This document shows positions 1 through 9,800 of a DNA stretch of 64,000 bases, one piece after another. The stretch lies in NCBI GenBank assembly GCA_918797485.1, contig CAKKNE010000002.1, positions 2,294,001 through 2,358,000 of the forward strand, in the 5' to 3' direction. Each line of letters opens with the position of its first letter. The stretch's first letter is position 1. The DNA comes from Pelagomonas calceolata. Its lineage: Eukaryota. The position numbers were made by a program, and so were the translations under genes. The notes under the pieces are model-generated. The model was given only the letters and a program-made list of their open reading frames with translations, was not told the origin of the DNA and made no database searches.

Positions 1-400
1 GAAGCGGCAGCGCACACAGCCCTTCGCGGCGCAGACGTGCATGGCGTGCGACGGGCCTCTCGCGGCGTCGACGGCGCCGGACGCCAACGGGCTCCTCCTC
101 TGCGGCCGGTGCGTCAAGTTCAACAACAACGCCAAGCCGCGCAAGCCGCGCGAGAAGGTGGTGCCGCCGCCGACGCGCAAGGAGGCGCTGGCCGAGTACT
201 GGCTCGTCGCGCAGACGCTCGCCGACACGTCCGGCGCGGACGCCGACGCCGTCGCGCGCCTCGCTCCCGTCGAGAAGGTCGACGCGCTGCAGCGGGCCAT
301 CGAGGGCTTGCCGACCGCGGGCCCTGCGCGGCGCCGGCGAAAGGGCACGCCAAGGAAGCGTCGGCACGACGGAACTCTCGAGCCGCCAGCGCCGAGCTGA
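1..400 (+). CDS. 5'-partial hypothetical protein with CxxC...CxxC pair
   Basis: Frame open from the window start to TGA at 400; GC3-rich codons; CMAC...CGRC. Confidence 0.6.
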   Translation, partial: KRQRTQPFAAQTCMACDGPLAASTAPDANGLLLCGRCVKFNNNAKPRKPREKVVPPPTRKEALAEYWLVAQTLADTSGADADAVARLAPVEKVDALQRAIEGLPTAGPARRRRKGTPRKRRHDGTLEPPAPS

Positions 401-620
401 GGGCAGTTTTCTTCTGTGTGTGTAGTTTGTAAGAGGTGTAAATGCTAGCGCCTGTAAGACACTAGAGAGCTCTGGAGGCAGCGCTGCGCAGAGCTCCTTT
501 GCAGTACATGTTAGCTCGCTTGGCATTCGCCGTATATGCTACTGAGTGCAAGATCTCCCACTCAGCACCTGGCTCAGCAGTAGCGAGCTGGCACTCTGCT
601 GCAGTGCAAAATAGACAACA

Positions 621-1139
621 ATGAGCGCCTTCGGCATCGACTGGTTCGGCCTCGTCATTCCCGGCCGGCCGATCCTGGTCAACTTCGAAATGGTCGACCC
701 GACGAAGTGCGCCGCGACGATCGAGCGGCCGGGCGACGTCGCCGAGATCTGCTTCTTCCTGACGCCGAGCGGCGCGCAGCTGCCGCCGGACAAGTGCGCG
801 GTGCTCTACCTGTCGCTCGACGGCGCGGCGTGGACGCTGCTGGGCACGCTCTCGCTCGCGAAGCCCTCGGGCCTGTTCCGGCTGCCGAGCGACGACGCGC
901 GGGCCCGCGCGCCGGCGGCGCGGCTCGGCGTCGCGCTCGAGCCCCTGGCGAGCGCGCGGGACCTCGACAGCGCGGCCTCGCAGACGTCGGACCGGCGCCT
1001 CTTCGCGCGCGCGATCGCGCGGGACCTCGGCGCGTTCGTCTCGTCGTTCGAGCGGCCGCCCGCGGACGTCGTGGACCGGTGGCTCCGGCGCTTCGACGAG
1101 AAGTACGCGCGCGACCCGTCGTACTTTCTCAAGGCGTAA
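621..1139 (+). CDS. Hikeshi/OPI10-like (DUF775) protein
   Basis: N-terminal FGLVIPGRP, LAKPSGLF, C-terminal DRWLRRFDEKYARDPSY resemble the Hikeshi family. Confidence 0.75.
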   Translation: MSAFGIDWFGLVIPGRPILVNFEMVDPTKCAATIERPGDVAEICFFLTPSGAQLPPDKCAVLYLSLDGAAWTLLGTLSLAKPSGLFRLPSDDARARAPAARLGVALEPLASARDLDSAASQTSDRRLFARAIARDLGAFVSSFERPPADVVDRWLRRFDEKYARDPSYFLKA

Positions 1140-1380
1140 TTTAGTATGTGGAATTTTCCTAGTGTGTCACCGCCGCTAGCTCGAGTTTTTGCGGTTTTGT
1201 GCGAGCCGCGCGAGGCGCTGGGGCAGTCCGTAGCCGCCTACGGTCTCGCCTCGACACGTCAGTCACCCGAGGCCCACGATATAGTTGTGAGAGAAGACGT
1301 GCATGCGCATCCACACGGCACGCACCTATCTCAGCATCCTAGCCTCGGCAGCGGCGAGCACCTGCAGCGCGGCCGATAAA

Positions 1381-2028
1381 ATGAAGGCTGGAGTCGTCTT
1401 CCTGCACGGCCTAGGCGACACGCCGGCCGGGTGGTCGGACCTCAAGCACCAGTTGGCGCGCTTCGACGCGCGCCTGAAAAGCCCGGAGATCGAATGGACC
1501 TTTCCGGCCGCGCCGACGATCCCTATAACGATCAACGGCGGCGCGACGATGCCGGGCTGGTTCGATCTCTTCGATTGGCCCATCGGCCCCGACGCGAAGG
1601 ACGACCGCGCGCGCGTGCTGCAGGGCGTCGAAGCCGTGAAGACGCAGATCGCGAAGCTCGAGGCCCGCGGCGTGGCGCCGGATCGTATCGTCGTCGGCGG
1701 CTTCTCGCAGGGCGGCGCGATCGCGCTCAACGCCGCCTACCGCCACGACAAGAAGCTCGGCGCCTGCGTGGCGCTGTCGGGCTGGCTCACGCTCAAGGAG
1801 GACTTCTCCGGCGACCTCGGCGCGGCGAAGGGGACGCCCCTCTTCTGGGGCCACGGCGTGCACGACGACAAGGTCCTCTTCCCGCACCAGAAGATCGGCG
1901 TGGACCTGCTCACGCAGCGCGGCGTCGCCGTCGACGCGTCGCAGTACGCGATGGGCCACGGCGCGCACCCCGACGAGATGGCGAAGCTGGCCAAGTTCGT
2001 CGGCGACGTCCTCTTCCCCGAGTCGTAA
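1381..2028 (+). CDS. Acyl-protein thioesterase / phospholipase-carboxylesterase
   Basis: FLHGLGD, MPGWFD, GFSQG nucleophile, GHGxxD and MGH motifs. Confidence 0.9.
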   Translation: MKAGVVFLHGLGDTPAGWSDLKHQLARFDARLKSPEIEWTFPAAPTIPITINGGATMPGWFDLFDWPIGPDAKDDRARVLQGVEAVKTQIAKLEARGVAPDRIVVGGFSQGGAIALNAAYRHDKKLGACVALSGWLTLKEDFSGDLGAAKGTPLFWGHGVHDDKVLFPHQKIGVDLLTQRGVAVDASQYAMGHGAHPDEMAKLAKFVGDVLFPES

Positions 2029-2045
2029 AATAACCTGACAGAATT

Positions 2046-2561
2046 TTACGATTGGTGCAGCTGTGCGTCGGCGTGGTCCTCGGCGTCGCCGAAGAAGCCG
2101 TCCTCGTCGTCCGCGAGGTCGACCTCGACCTCGTCCGACGTGCCGCGGCGCGGCCGCGCGGCCATGTCGCTCCGGAACTCGGACGACTCGAGCACCGACA
2201 GGATCGGCGCCGGCCGCTCGGGCGAGAGCGCCGCCGCCGGCGCGGGCCCGTCGGTCGAGTCGACGCGCAAGCGGTTCAGCAGGGCCCCGGCGCCGGCGGT
2301 CGGCGGCGCGTCGAAGGACGCCGTGCGCACGGCGCCCGCGCGCGCGGAAGCCACGTCGTACGACGCCGGCAGCGCCAGCGGCGGGATGTTCGACGCGAGC
2401 CGCGACGGCACGGGCATCGAGCCGATGACGGGCGCGCGCGGGCAGGCCAGCGGGCTCGACGCGCCGCCGTGCCACGAGAGGCCGCGGTTGCGCGGGCCGC
2501 CGCGCTCGCCGATGGCGATGGGCTGCGTCTGGGTCGCGTGCGGGTCGGCGTAGCCGCTCAT
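2046..2561 (-). CDS. Hypothetical protein
   Basis: ATG after an A-run, coding-like codons, acidic C-terminus. Confidence 0.55.
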   Translation of the reverse strand: MSGYADPHATQTQPIAIGERGGPRNRGLSWHGGASSPLACPRAPVIGSMPVPSRLASNIPPLALPASYDVASARAGAVRTASFDAPPTAGAGALLNRLRVDSTDGPAPAAALSPERPAPILSVLESSEFRSDMAARPRRGTSDEVEVDLADDEDGFFGDAEDHADAQLHQS

Positions 2562-3063
2562 TTTTTTTTTTGGCGCGCAGGGGTTTCCGTGCCCTGGTTG
2601 GCTTGCTGTCTCAGCACCTCTCGGTTCGCTGAGGGCCCGCGGGGGGGCTTCCCTGCTCGGTTTGGCTTCCTGCTCTTTAGCAGCTCTTTTGGCTGGAGGA
2701 GGGCTGCGGATCGACTAACCGCCAGGCGAGCCGGGTGTGCCTTTTGGGGGTGTTCAGTGGTAACCAGCGTGACCGCAAAGGGTCCAGAGGGCGCTGCTAC
2801 GGCGCTTACCCGTCAGGGAGGCAGACTCGAGCTCGAGCTCGGGTTTTTGTCGATTAATAGGGGCCAAGCTGCGATCAAGGCGTAAGAGCGCGAGCAAAGC
2901 GTGAAAAGGTCTCTATACGACGCTCCGAGCACACACGTAACGAGCAGCGCTCTGAAATTCGCTGCCGTAAAGCACCAGCCCTCAGCCTTGGCTTTCGGCT
3001 GGCAAGCACCACCTTCCGCAAAGCCAGCAGTCCAAAAAAACTGCCGAAAGCGACGCCGAAACC

Positions 3064-4588
3064 ATGGGCCGCTGCCGCTGCTGCCTCTTGGTCGCCGCGA
3101 GCCTGCTCACGACCGCCGCGGCCGCCGCGTTCGGCTGGTTCTACGTGTGGCAGGTGCTCTACGCGCCGTACCTGCAGGGCGCGCGCGACATCGTCTACGA
3201 CGCGGCGCGGGAGCGCGTGATCGTTTCCGCGCTGCACAGCAACGTGATCGCCGTCGTCGACGTGGCGACGCCGTCGAAGCCGAGGACCCTCGGCTGGCGC
3301 GCCGACGACGCGTTCACGAACGCGCACGGCTTCGCGTACGACCACGGCAGCGCCACGGCCTACGTCGCGTCGTACGGGCGCGGGTCCCTCGCCAAGGTCG
3401 ACCTCCGGAACCCGGCGCGCGACAAGCTGCCCGTCGTCGCGACCCTCGAGAACGACGAGCTATACAGCGCGACGCACGCGTCCTACGACGCGGCGCGGAA
3501 CCTCGTCTTCGTGACGGCGGCCGGCAGCCACGACCTCGGCGAGGACGCCGACGTGCTCCGGGGCGGCCACGACCTGCTCGTCGTCGACGCGGCGACGATG
3601 CGGCGGACGGGCCTGCTCACGGACTGGGGCGCCGGCGCGGAGCCGGCGTACCCGGTCTACTGCGTCTACGACGCGGCGCGCGCGCTGCTCTTCGCGTCGA
3701 ACGACGCGCGGAACCGGCTCGAGGTCGTCGACGTCGGCGACGCGGCGCGGCCCGCGGTCGTCGGCGAGGTCGCGGCCGTGCCCGAGCTCGCGTACGTGTC
3801 GCAGCTGGCCCTCGACGCGCCGTCGAACCTCATCATCGCGGCGTCGCAGAAGGGCGACTCCGTGGCGGTCGTCGACGTCGCGGACGCCGCGAACCCCAAA
3901 ATTCTGGGGTCGCTGACCTCGGACGCGCTCGACGGCGCGACGGGCGTCGCCTACGACGCGGCCCGGCGCCTCGCGTACGTCGCGAGCGAGTTCGCCGGCA
4001 CGCTCAGCGTCGTGAACGTGACGGACCGGGCGACGCCCGTCATCGTCGCGGGCGTACGCGCGCCGTGTGGAAATCGACCAGCGAGTCTCGGTCAGCAGAC
4101 GTCGCGTCGATGGCGTGGGGGTCACCGCGACGATTTCCGCGCAGGTCGCGCACGACGCGCTGCGCGGGGGCGAGGCCGTCGCGTTCGACGCGGCGCGGCG
4201 GCGCGTCTTCGTCGCGTCGCGGACGAGCGCGTGCCTGGTGGAGGCCGACGTGCGCGACGCGGCCGCGCCGACGGTCGTCGCGGCGCTCTGCACGCCGCGG
4301 ACGCCCGCGGACGCCGTCAAGGTCGTGGCGATGGTCGCCGGGTCCTTGCTCTTCTTTTTGCTCGCGCTTTGGCTCGCGGCGGCGGCGTGCTCGCGAAAGC
4401 GGTACGCGCGGCAAGGGTACGGCCAGGTCGACACGTTCGACGAGGACGGCTACGACCTCGGCGACTTCGAGCTCGGGCGCCTCGAGACGAAGGACGAGTA
4501 CTGCGACGACGACGACGACGACGACGACGATGGGGAGGGGCTGCCCCAGGTCAATCCGCTGGTGGTGCCACCAGGTAAGGGTGATTAG
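3064..4588 (+). CDS. Membrane-anchored beta-propeller (LVIVD/YVTN-like repeat) protein; exons 3064-4053, 4145-4588
   Basis: Repeated AYDAAR...V.VVDV units; removing intron 4054-4144 joins two ORFs in frame; N- and C-terminal hydrophobic segments. Confidence 0.75.
4054..4144 (+). mobile_element. Introner 1 (GT-AG, 91 bp, degenerate TSD)
   Basis: Ends ccgtgtggaaatc...gatttccgcgcag; flanks gtacgcgc / gtcgcgc; core tcgatggcgtgg. Confidence 0.8.
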
Positions 4589-4591
4589 TTT

Positions 4592-5729
4592 TTAGTAGTC
4601 CCCGACGCCCGGGATGTCGAGCTCTCCTAGATCGGCGGCGATTTCCTCGCCTTCGTCGTCCTCGTCGTCCGCGGCCGGCCTCGCGCCGTTGTCGATGAGG
4701 GGCTTTCCCGCTAACAAAAGCGCGCATTGCTCGGCGAATTGGCCCTGCTTGAGCATCCACGACGACGTGAAGACCTGTGTGGAAATTAACCCATCGGGTG
4801 CATTCCTCGGCGGCGACGCGACTGCATTTCTCGGCGGCGACGCGACCATGCTGAGAGACCCACACCGCCACACCGTCGAGCAGGCAAAGCGTCGATTGCG
4901 TGCAGGTCATGATTCAGCAGGACGCGCCACGACAAATTGATTTATGCACCGGTGAAGACCTCCTTCCAGACCAACACCCCGTTCTTGTCGAACAGGAATA
5001 AGAAGCCGGGCGCCGGCGCCTTGCCGATCGCGGCGAAGGCTTCCTTGACCTTGCGGCCCTCGTCAAAAGCCAGAGACATGTCGAAGATAAGCTCATCGAT
5101 CGACTGCGTCGGCATAGCAGTCCCGTTCTTCTTGAGCATCGCCTCGCAGTCCTCCTTGGCCGCGTCGCACGAGACGCCCAGGACCTGCGCGCAAATGAAG
5201 GCCATGATTGTAGCAGTGGCGGAGACGCGCCGCGACAATTTGATTTATGCACTGCGCAGCACCTGGAGCTCGGGCAGCGCCCTCATCAAATACGAGACGT
5301 GGACCATCGTGCGGTAGTCACCCTTGGCGTACTTCCCCCAAAATAATACTGCGCACGGCTTGCCGGCGGCGGGCGCCTGTGTACAAATCAATCCGTGAGT
5401 CGGGTGCACGCAGACGTGCTGGCTCCGTCGAGCGGCGAGGAACCAGCAGCGCCACGCTATCGAGCAAACGTCGCGTCGATCGCCTGGAGGTTGACGCGAC
5501 GAAGGCGCCGTGGTATTTTGATTCATGCACAGGTCGGCGCCTCGCCCTTGACAAACTGCAGCGTCGACAGATCCGGCATCTTGAACGTCCCGTCGAGGCC
5601 GCGCGCGTCGGAATAGGTCGCCTTGTCCTCGGTCAGGCCCGGCTTGCTGGCCAGCGTGGCTCCTTCAGGTGAGGCAAGGTCGGGGAGCGCCATTTTGCTG
5701 ATCGCTGCATGGTCGACGTTGGCAGCCAT
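4592..5729 (-). CDS. Thioredoxin-fold (redoxin/TlpA-like) protein lacking CxxC; exons 5729-5541, 5376-5263, 5184-4960, 4774-4592 (236 aa)
   Basis: Removing three introners gives a 711-nt open frame; PCAVLFW, VLGVSCD, FLFDKNGVLVW fit the redoxin fold. Confidence 0.75.
4775..4959 (-). mobile_element. Introner 2 (GT-AG, 185 bp)
   Basis: Perfect TSD gtgaagac at 4767-4774 and 4952-4959; ends ctgtgtggaaatt / gatttatgcaccg. Confidence 0.9.
5185..5262 (-). mobile_element. Introner 3 (GT-AG, 78 bp)
   Basis: TSD cccaggac / cgcagcac; ends ctgcgcgcaaat / gatttatgcactg. Confidence 0.85.
5377..5540 (-). mobile_element. Introner 4 (GC-AG, 164 bp)
   Basis: TSD gcgggcgc / gtcggcgc; ends ctgtgtacaaatc / gattcatgcacag. 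Confidence 0.85.
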
Positions 5730-6242
5730 GTGTGTCGTTACGAGTCTGAGACTAAGCTAGTTGCAAGCTTGCGATTTGTAAGCAAAGCAACGTGTGTGAT
5801 TCGCCAACGAGCCTAGCGTATACCAACACACTAGAATCCGGCAATTCTCAAATTGCGTTTATCATGCCTCAGACTGACTCTGCGCGGCAGGAAAACCCAC
5901 ACAGCAGGCAGCGGCAGGCGCGTCACGGTTCCGTCCCGCGTCCCGGCGGCCGTGGACGAGTCGTAGCTTTCCTCGTCCTCATCATTGCGTAGGAGCAGTG
6001 TTTAGGTAGCAATCTATCAAGTCGCAGGTATACTGGCGCACGGGGTAGGGCGGCTATATACGATATACGTAAGGCTATGTTATGTATATAGAGGTACAGA
6101 GGCGCCCTAAGCAAGGCGGCGGCTGGTCAAACTAACGACGCCGTTTCTCTGATCGCGATTACGTACGCTAGAAAAAATTGGTGGCTCAATCGTCGCAACC
6201 AATCAATTGATGTTGACTCATAAAACTCAGTAGTCCTAGGAG

Positions 6243-6771
6243 ATGGCAGACCTAGAAACCATGTACGGCGAGGACGCCGCGCAAGCCCTGTACATGTGGC
6301 GCTTCGCCGGCGTGAGCTTCGGGCTCGAGGCCCGCTTCTGGTGGACGCTACTGGGCTCGCTGGCGACGGCGTCGCTCACGGCGCTCGGCGCGATCGTGTA
6401 CAAGGTTATCGACGAGCGGATCTCAGACAATACCTGGCTGACAAACGAGCTGAAGGACGGGCTCCCCTACGACGGCACGACGTCGGTTCCCGGCGGCACG
6501 CGAGCCTTCGGACGCTGGGGCGGCGGAAAATGGATTTGGATGGCTCAGAGCTGTGTGGAAATCAAAATTTTACGGCGCGGTCGTCTTTGCGTCGACCTCC
6601 ACGCCATCGACGCGACGCTTGCTCCCGAAACACTGGTTGATTTCCACACAGGCTTACAGTATCGCCGGCGGCGCGGTCATAGAATACGAGATCGTCTCCT
6701 CCGCGCCGGACGGCGAGCAGCTGGCGGACGACTACGAGGAGCTCGGCGGCGGCCGCTGCGCCGTCATGTGA
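6243..6771 (+). CDS. Small hypothetical membrane protein; exons 6243-6542, 6652-6771
   Basis: Frame restored by removing introner 6543-6651; one hydrophobic helix. Confidence 0.55.
6543..6651 (+). mobile_element. Introner 5 (GC-AG, 109 bp)
   Basis: Perfect TIR ctgtgtggaaatc / gatttccacacag; TSD gctcagag / gcttacag. Confidence 0.85.
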
Positions 6772-6805
6772 ACCCCCAACCTCCTCATTATAAACAACAT
6801 GTCCA

Positions 6806-9800
6806 TCACAATCTTGAATTAAACTCCGGCCGCGGCTGCCCGCGGAGCGCCTGCTTCGCCGCCCGGAGCGCGTCAGACGCGCCCGGCGGGCCCGCCGCGG
6901 CGTTGCGGGACTTCCGCGGCGCGCGCGCCGGGACGACGGGCGCCGCCGTCTTTGTCTTGCGCCGCGGCGCCGGCCGCGACGACGACCCGTAGGGGCCGGC
7001 CGCGCGGCGCGGCTTACGTTTGCCAGCGTTCCTGCGCGGCTCCGAAGGGCGCCTCGGCTCTTGGACGACCGGCTCGTCGTCGTAGTCGTCGTCGTCGTAG
7101 CGCTTCGGGGCCACGGCCGGGCGGACTCGCATGGGCCGCGCCTCGGGGCTGTGCCAGGGTCCGCGGTCGGGGTCGCGCGGCGCGAAGACCGGATCGCGCG
7201 GCGGCGCCGGCCGGGGCTCGCTCCGCGGCGGCTCTCGCGCCGGCTCGGTGCGCCGCGCGGGCGTCGTCGCCGAGAGCAGCGGCGCGTAGTACGACGCCGG
7301 CCCGCGCACGAAGCGGTTCGCGCCCGCGGCGCCGCCGAGCGCGAGCTCGGGCGGCCGGTCCAGAGTCGCCGGCGCGGCGCCGACGCCCCGCTCGCGCAGG
7401 GAGCACAGGAAGCAGCTCGCGAGGCCGTGGCGCGCGCAGGGCTCCGGCGACGCCGGGGCCGCGGTCGTCGCGGCCGCGACGGGCAGCGCGATGCCGCCGC
7501 GGACGCCGCAGACGGGGCAGTCCGCGACGCCGTGGACGGCGCAGCCCGGCCGCGGCGCGGGCAGCGGCGACGTCAGGCTCGCGCCCTGCAGGGAGCAGAG
7601 GAAGCAGTCCTTGAGGCCGTGGCGGTCGCACGCGGCGCCCGCGGGCTTCGGCGCTTGCTGCGTCGGCGCCGCCGGGGCCGTCGGCGCCGGCTGCGCGAGG
7701 TAGCTCGCGACGGCGGAGGGCTTGGGCGGGCTCGCCGCCGGCCGGGCCCGGAGCGTCGCGACGCGCGGGTCGGAGCCCTCGAGCGACTCGGCCGACGACA
7801 CCTCGCCCGGCGTCGCCTCGCGGCGGCGTCGCGCGGCGCGGCCCGACGACGCGGACGGGCTCCGGTCCTTCCGCGCGGGCGTCCGCGCTGTGTCGCCGCC
7901 GCGCGCGTCGTCCTTCCGCGCGGGCGACCCGCGCGACCCGCGCGACGCGCGCGACTCCCGGAGCAGCGCGCGGGCCGGCGAGGCGGCTGCTTCCTCGGCC
8001 TGGGCCTCCGCGGCCCGGGCGACGGCCGCCTCGGCCTTTGCGGCGACGCGCGCGGCGCCCCTGCCGAGCTCCTCGACCCGCCGGCGCCGCCGCCGCGTTT
8101 CGAGCTTGGCCGTCCGGCCGCGCTCGGCGGCCTGCAGGCGCGCGGCCGCGGCGTCGCGGGCCGCCGCCTCCTCGGCGCGCGCGTCGGCCGCTTCCCGGGC
8201 CCGCCGCTTGGCGCCGCGGCCGCGTTCCGCCGCCTGCAGCCGCGTCGCGGCGGTCGAGTAGGCCTCGGCCTCGGCCCGCGCCTTCTCGCGTTCCGCGCGC
8301 TGACGCTCCCGCTGGAGCTCGGCCAGCCGCGCTTCGTACGCGGCCGCCTCGGGCGACCAAGGCTCCTCGGGCTCCTGCCTTGCTAGCGGCGTCGCAGGCG
8401 ACCGTGCTGCGGCCGGCTCTCGCCTTTCCGCAGAGCGTGCGGGCGACCGCACCTTGGCTGGCTCCCGTCTTTCTGCAGAGCGCGCGGGCGGGGATCGCGC
8501 TTTGGCGGGCTCCCGCCTCTCTTGAGAGCGCGCGGGCGACCGCACCTCGGCCGGCTCTCGTCTTTCTACGGAGCGCGCAGGTGATCGCGCTTTGGCAGGC
8601 TCCCGTCTCTCTTGAGAGCGCGCGGGCGACCGCGTCTCGGCGGGCTCCCGTCCTCCTCGAGCGCGTGGTGTACTCCTCGCAGCGCGCTGGGGCGACGGCG
8701 CCTCGACGGGCTCCCGTCTTCCCGCAGAGCGTGCGGGCGATCGATCTTTGGCAGGCTTTCGTCTCTCTGCGGCACGCGCGGGCGACCGCGCCTCGGCTGG
8801 CTCCCTCCTTCCCGCAGAGCGCGCGGGCGACCGCGCCTCGGCGGGCTCCCGTTTCCCGGCAGCCCGCGGCGTCCTCCCGGCAGCACGCGCGGGGGACCGC
8901 ACCTCCTCGGGCTCCCGCCTTCCGGCAGCGCGCGGTGTCCTCCCCGCAGCGCGCTGGGGTGACCGCACCTTGGCTGGCTCCCGCCTTCCCGCAGAGCGCG
9001 CGGGCGATCGATCTTCGGCGGGTTCCCGTCTCTCTGCGGAGCGCGCGGGTGATCGCTCTTTGGTAGGCGGCGGCCTCCGGCCAGCACGCGCGGGCTCGGC
9101 CTCGCGCCTCCCCGCACCTCGCGCGGGCTCAGCAGGCAGCGGCCGCCCGCGGCGCGCCGCCGCCGCGGGCGACCGATCCGACGTCTTGCGGGACCGCGGG
9201 GCGTCGGGCGTCGTGTTGCGGAGCCGCGGCGGCGAGAACCGCTTCGCCGGCGTGACGCGCGGCCGCGGCGGCGACGCCTGGGGCGAGTTCCGCGGCGTCG
9301 AGACGGGCGACTCCGGCGGCGGCGACGCCGGCCGCACCGGCGCCGGCCGCATCGTGTCCGTTTTGTCGGCGCGCCTCCGCGTAAGCGACGGCGGCGGTGC
9401 CAGGCGGGGCGAATCCCGCGACGGCGAGATGTAACGCTCGAGGATGCCGTCGACGTCGTCGTCGATCGGCGGCGTCGCGAGCCCCGGCGGCACCTCGTCG
9501 GCGTCGTCCCAGAAGCCCGGCTCCGCCTTCTTCGTCGGCGTCGGCCGCGGCCGGAACCGCTCGTCGTCGGCGTCGTCGCCGGCCTCGGGCGTCGGCGCGC
9601 GGTGGCGGGGCGTCGACTTGCGGAGCGGCCCGCGCCGCCGCTTCTGGCTCGGCGGCGTGCGCGCGTCCGCGCGGAACGTGACCTGGCGCGTCGGCGACGC
9701 CGGCGTCTTGGGCGTCCGCTCGCCGGTCCGCCGCGGCGTCGCCGCGTCGGCGTCGGCGGCGAAGGACACGCTCCGCGCGGTGCGCGTCGACTCGGGCCGG

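Noticed and set aside
5730..6240. AT-richer spacer as a possible RNA gene
   Set aside because: No tRNA or other recognisable fold; likely a divergent promoter region
8395..9130. Regular repeats as a possible CRISPR array
   Set aside because: In-frame coding minisatellite without unique spacers; eukaryotic context, no cas genes
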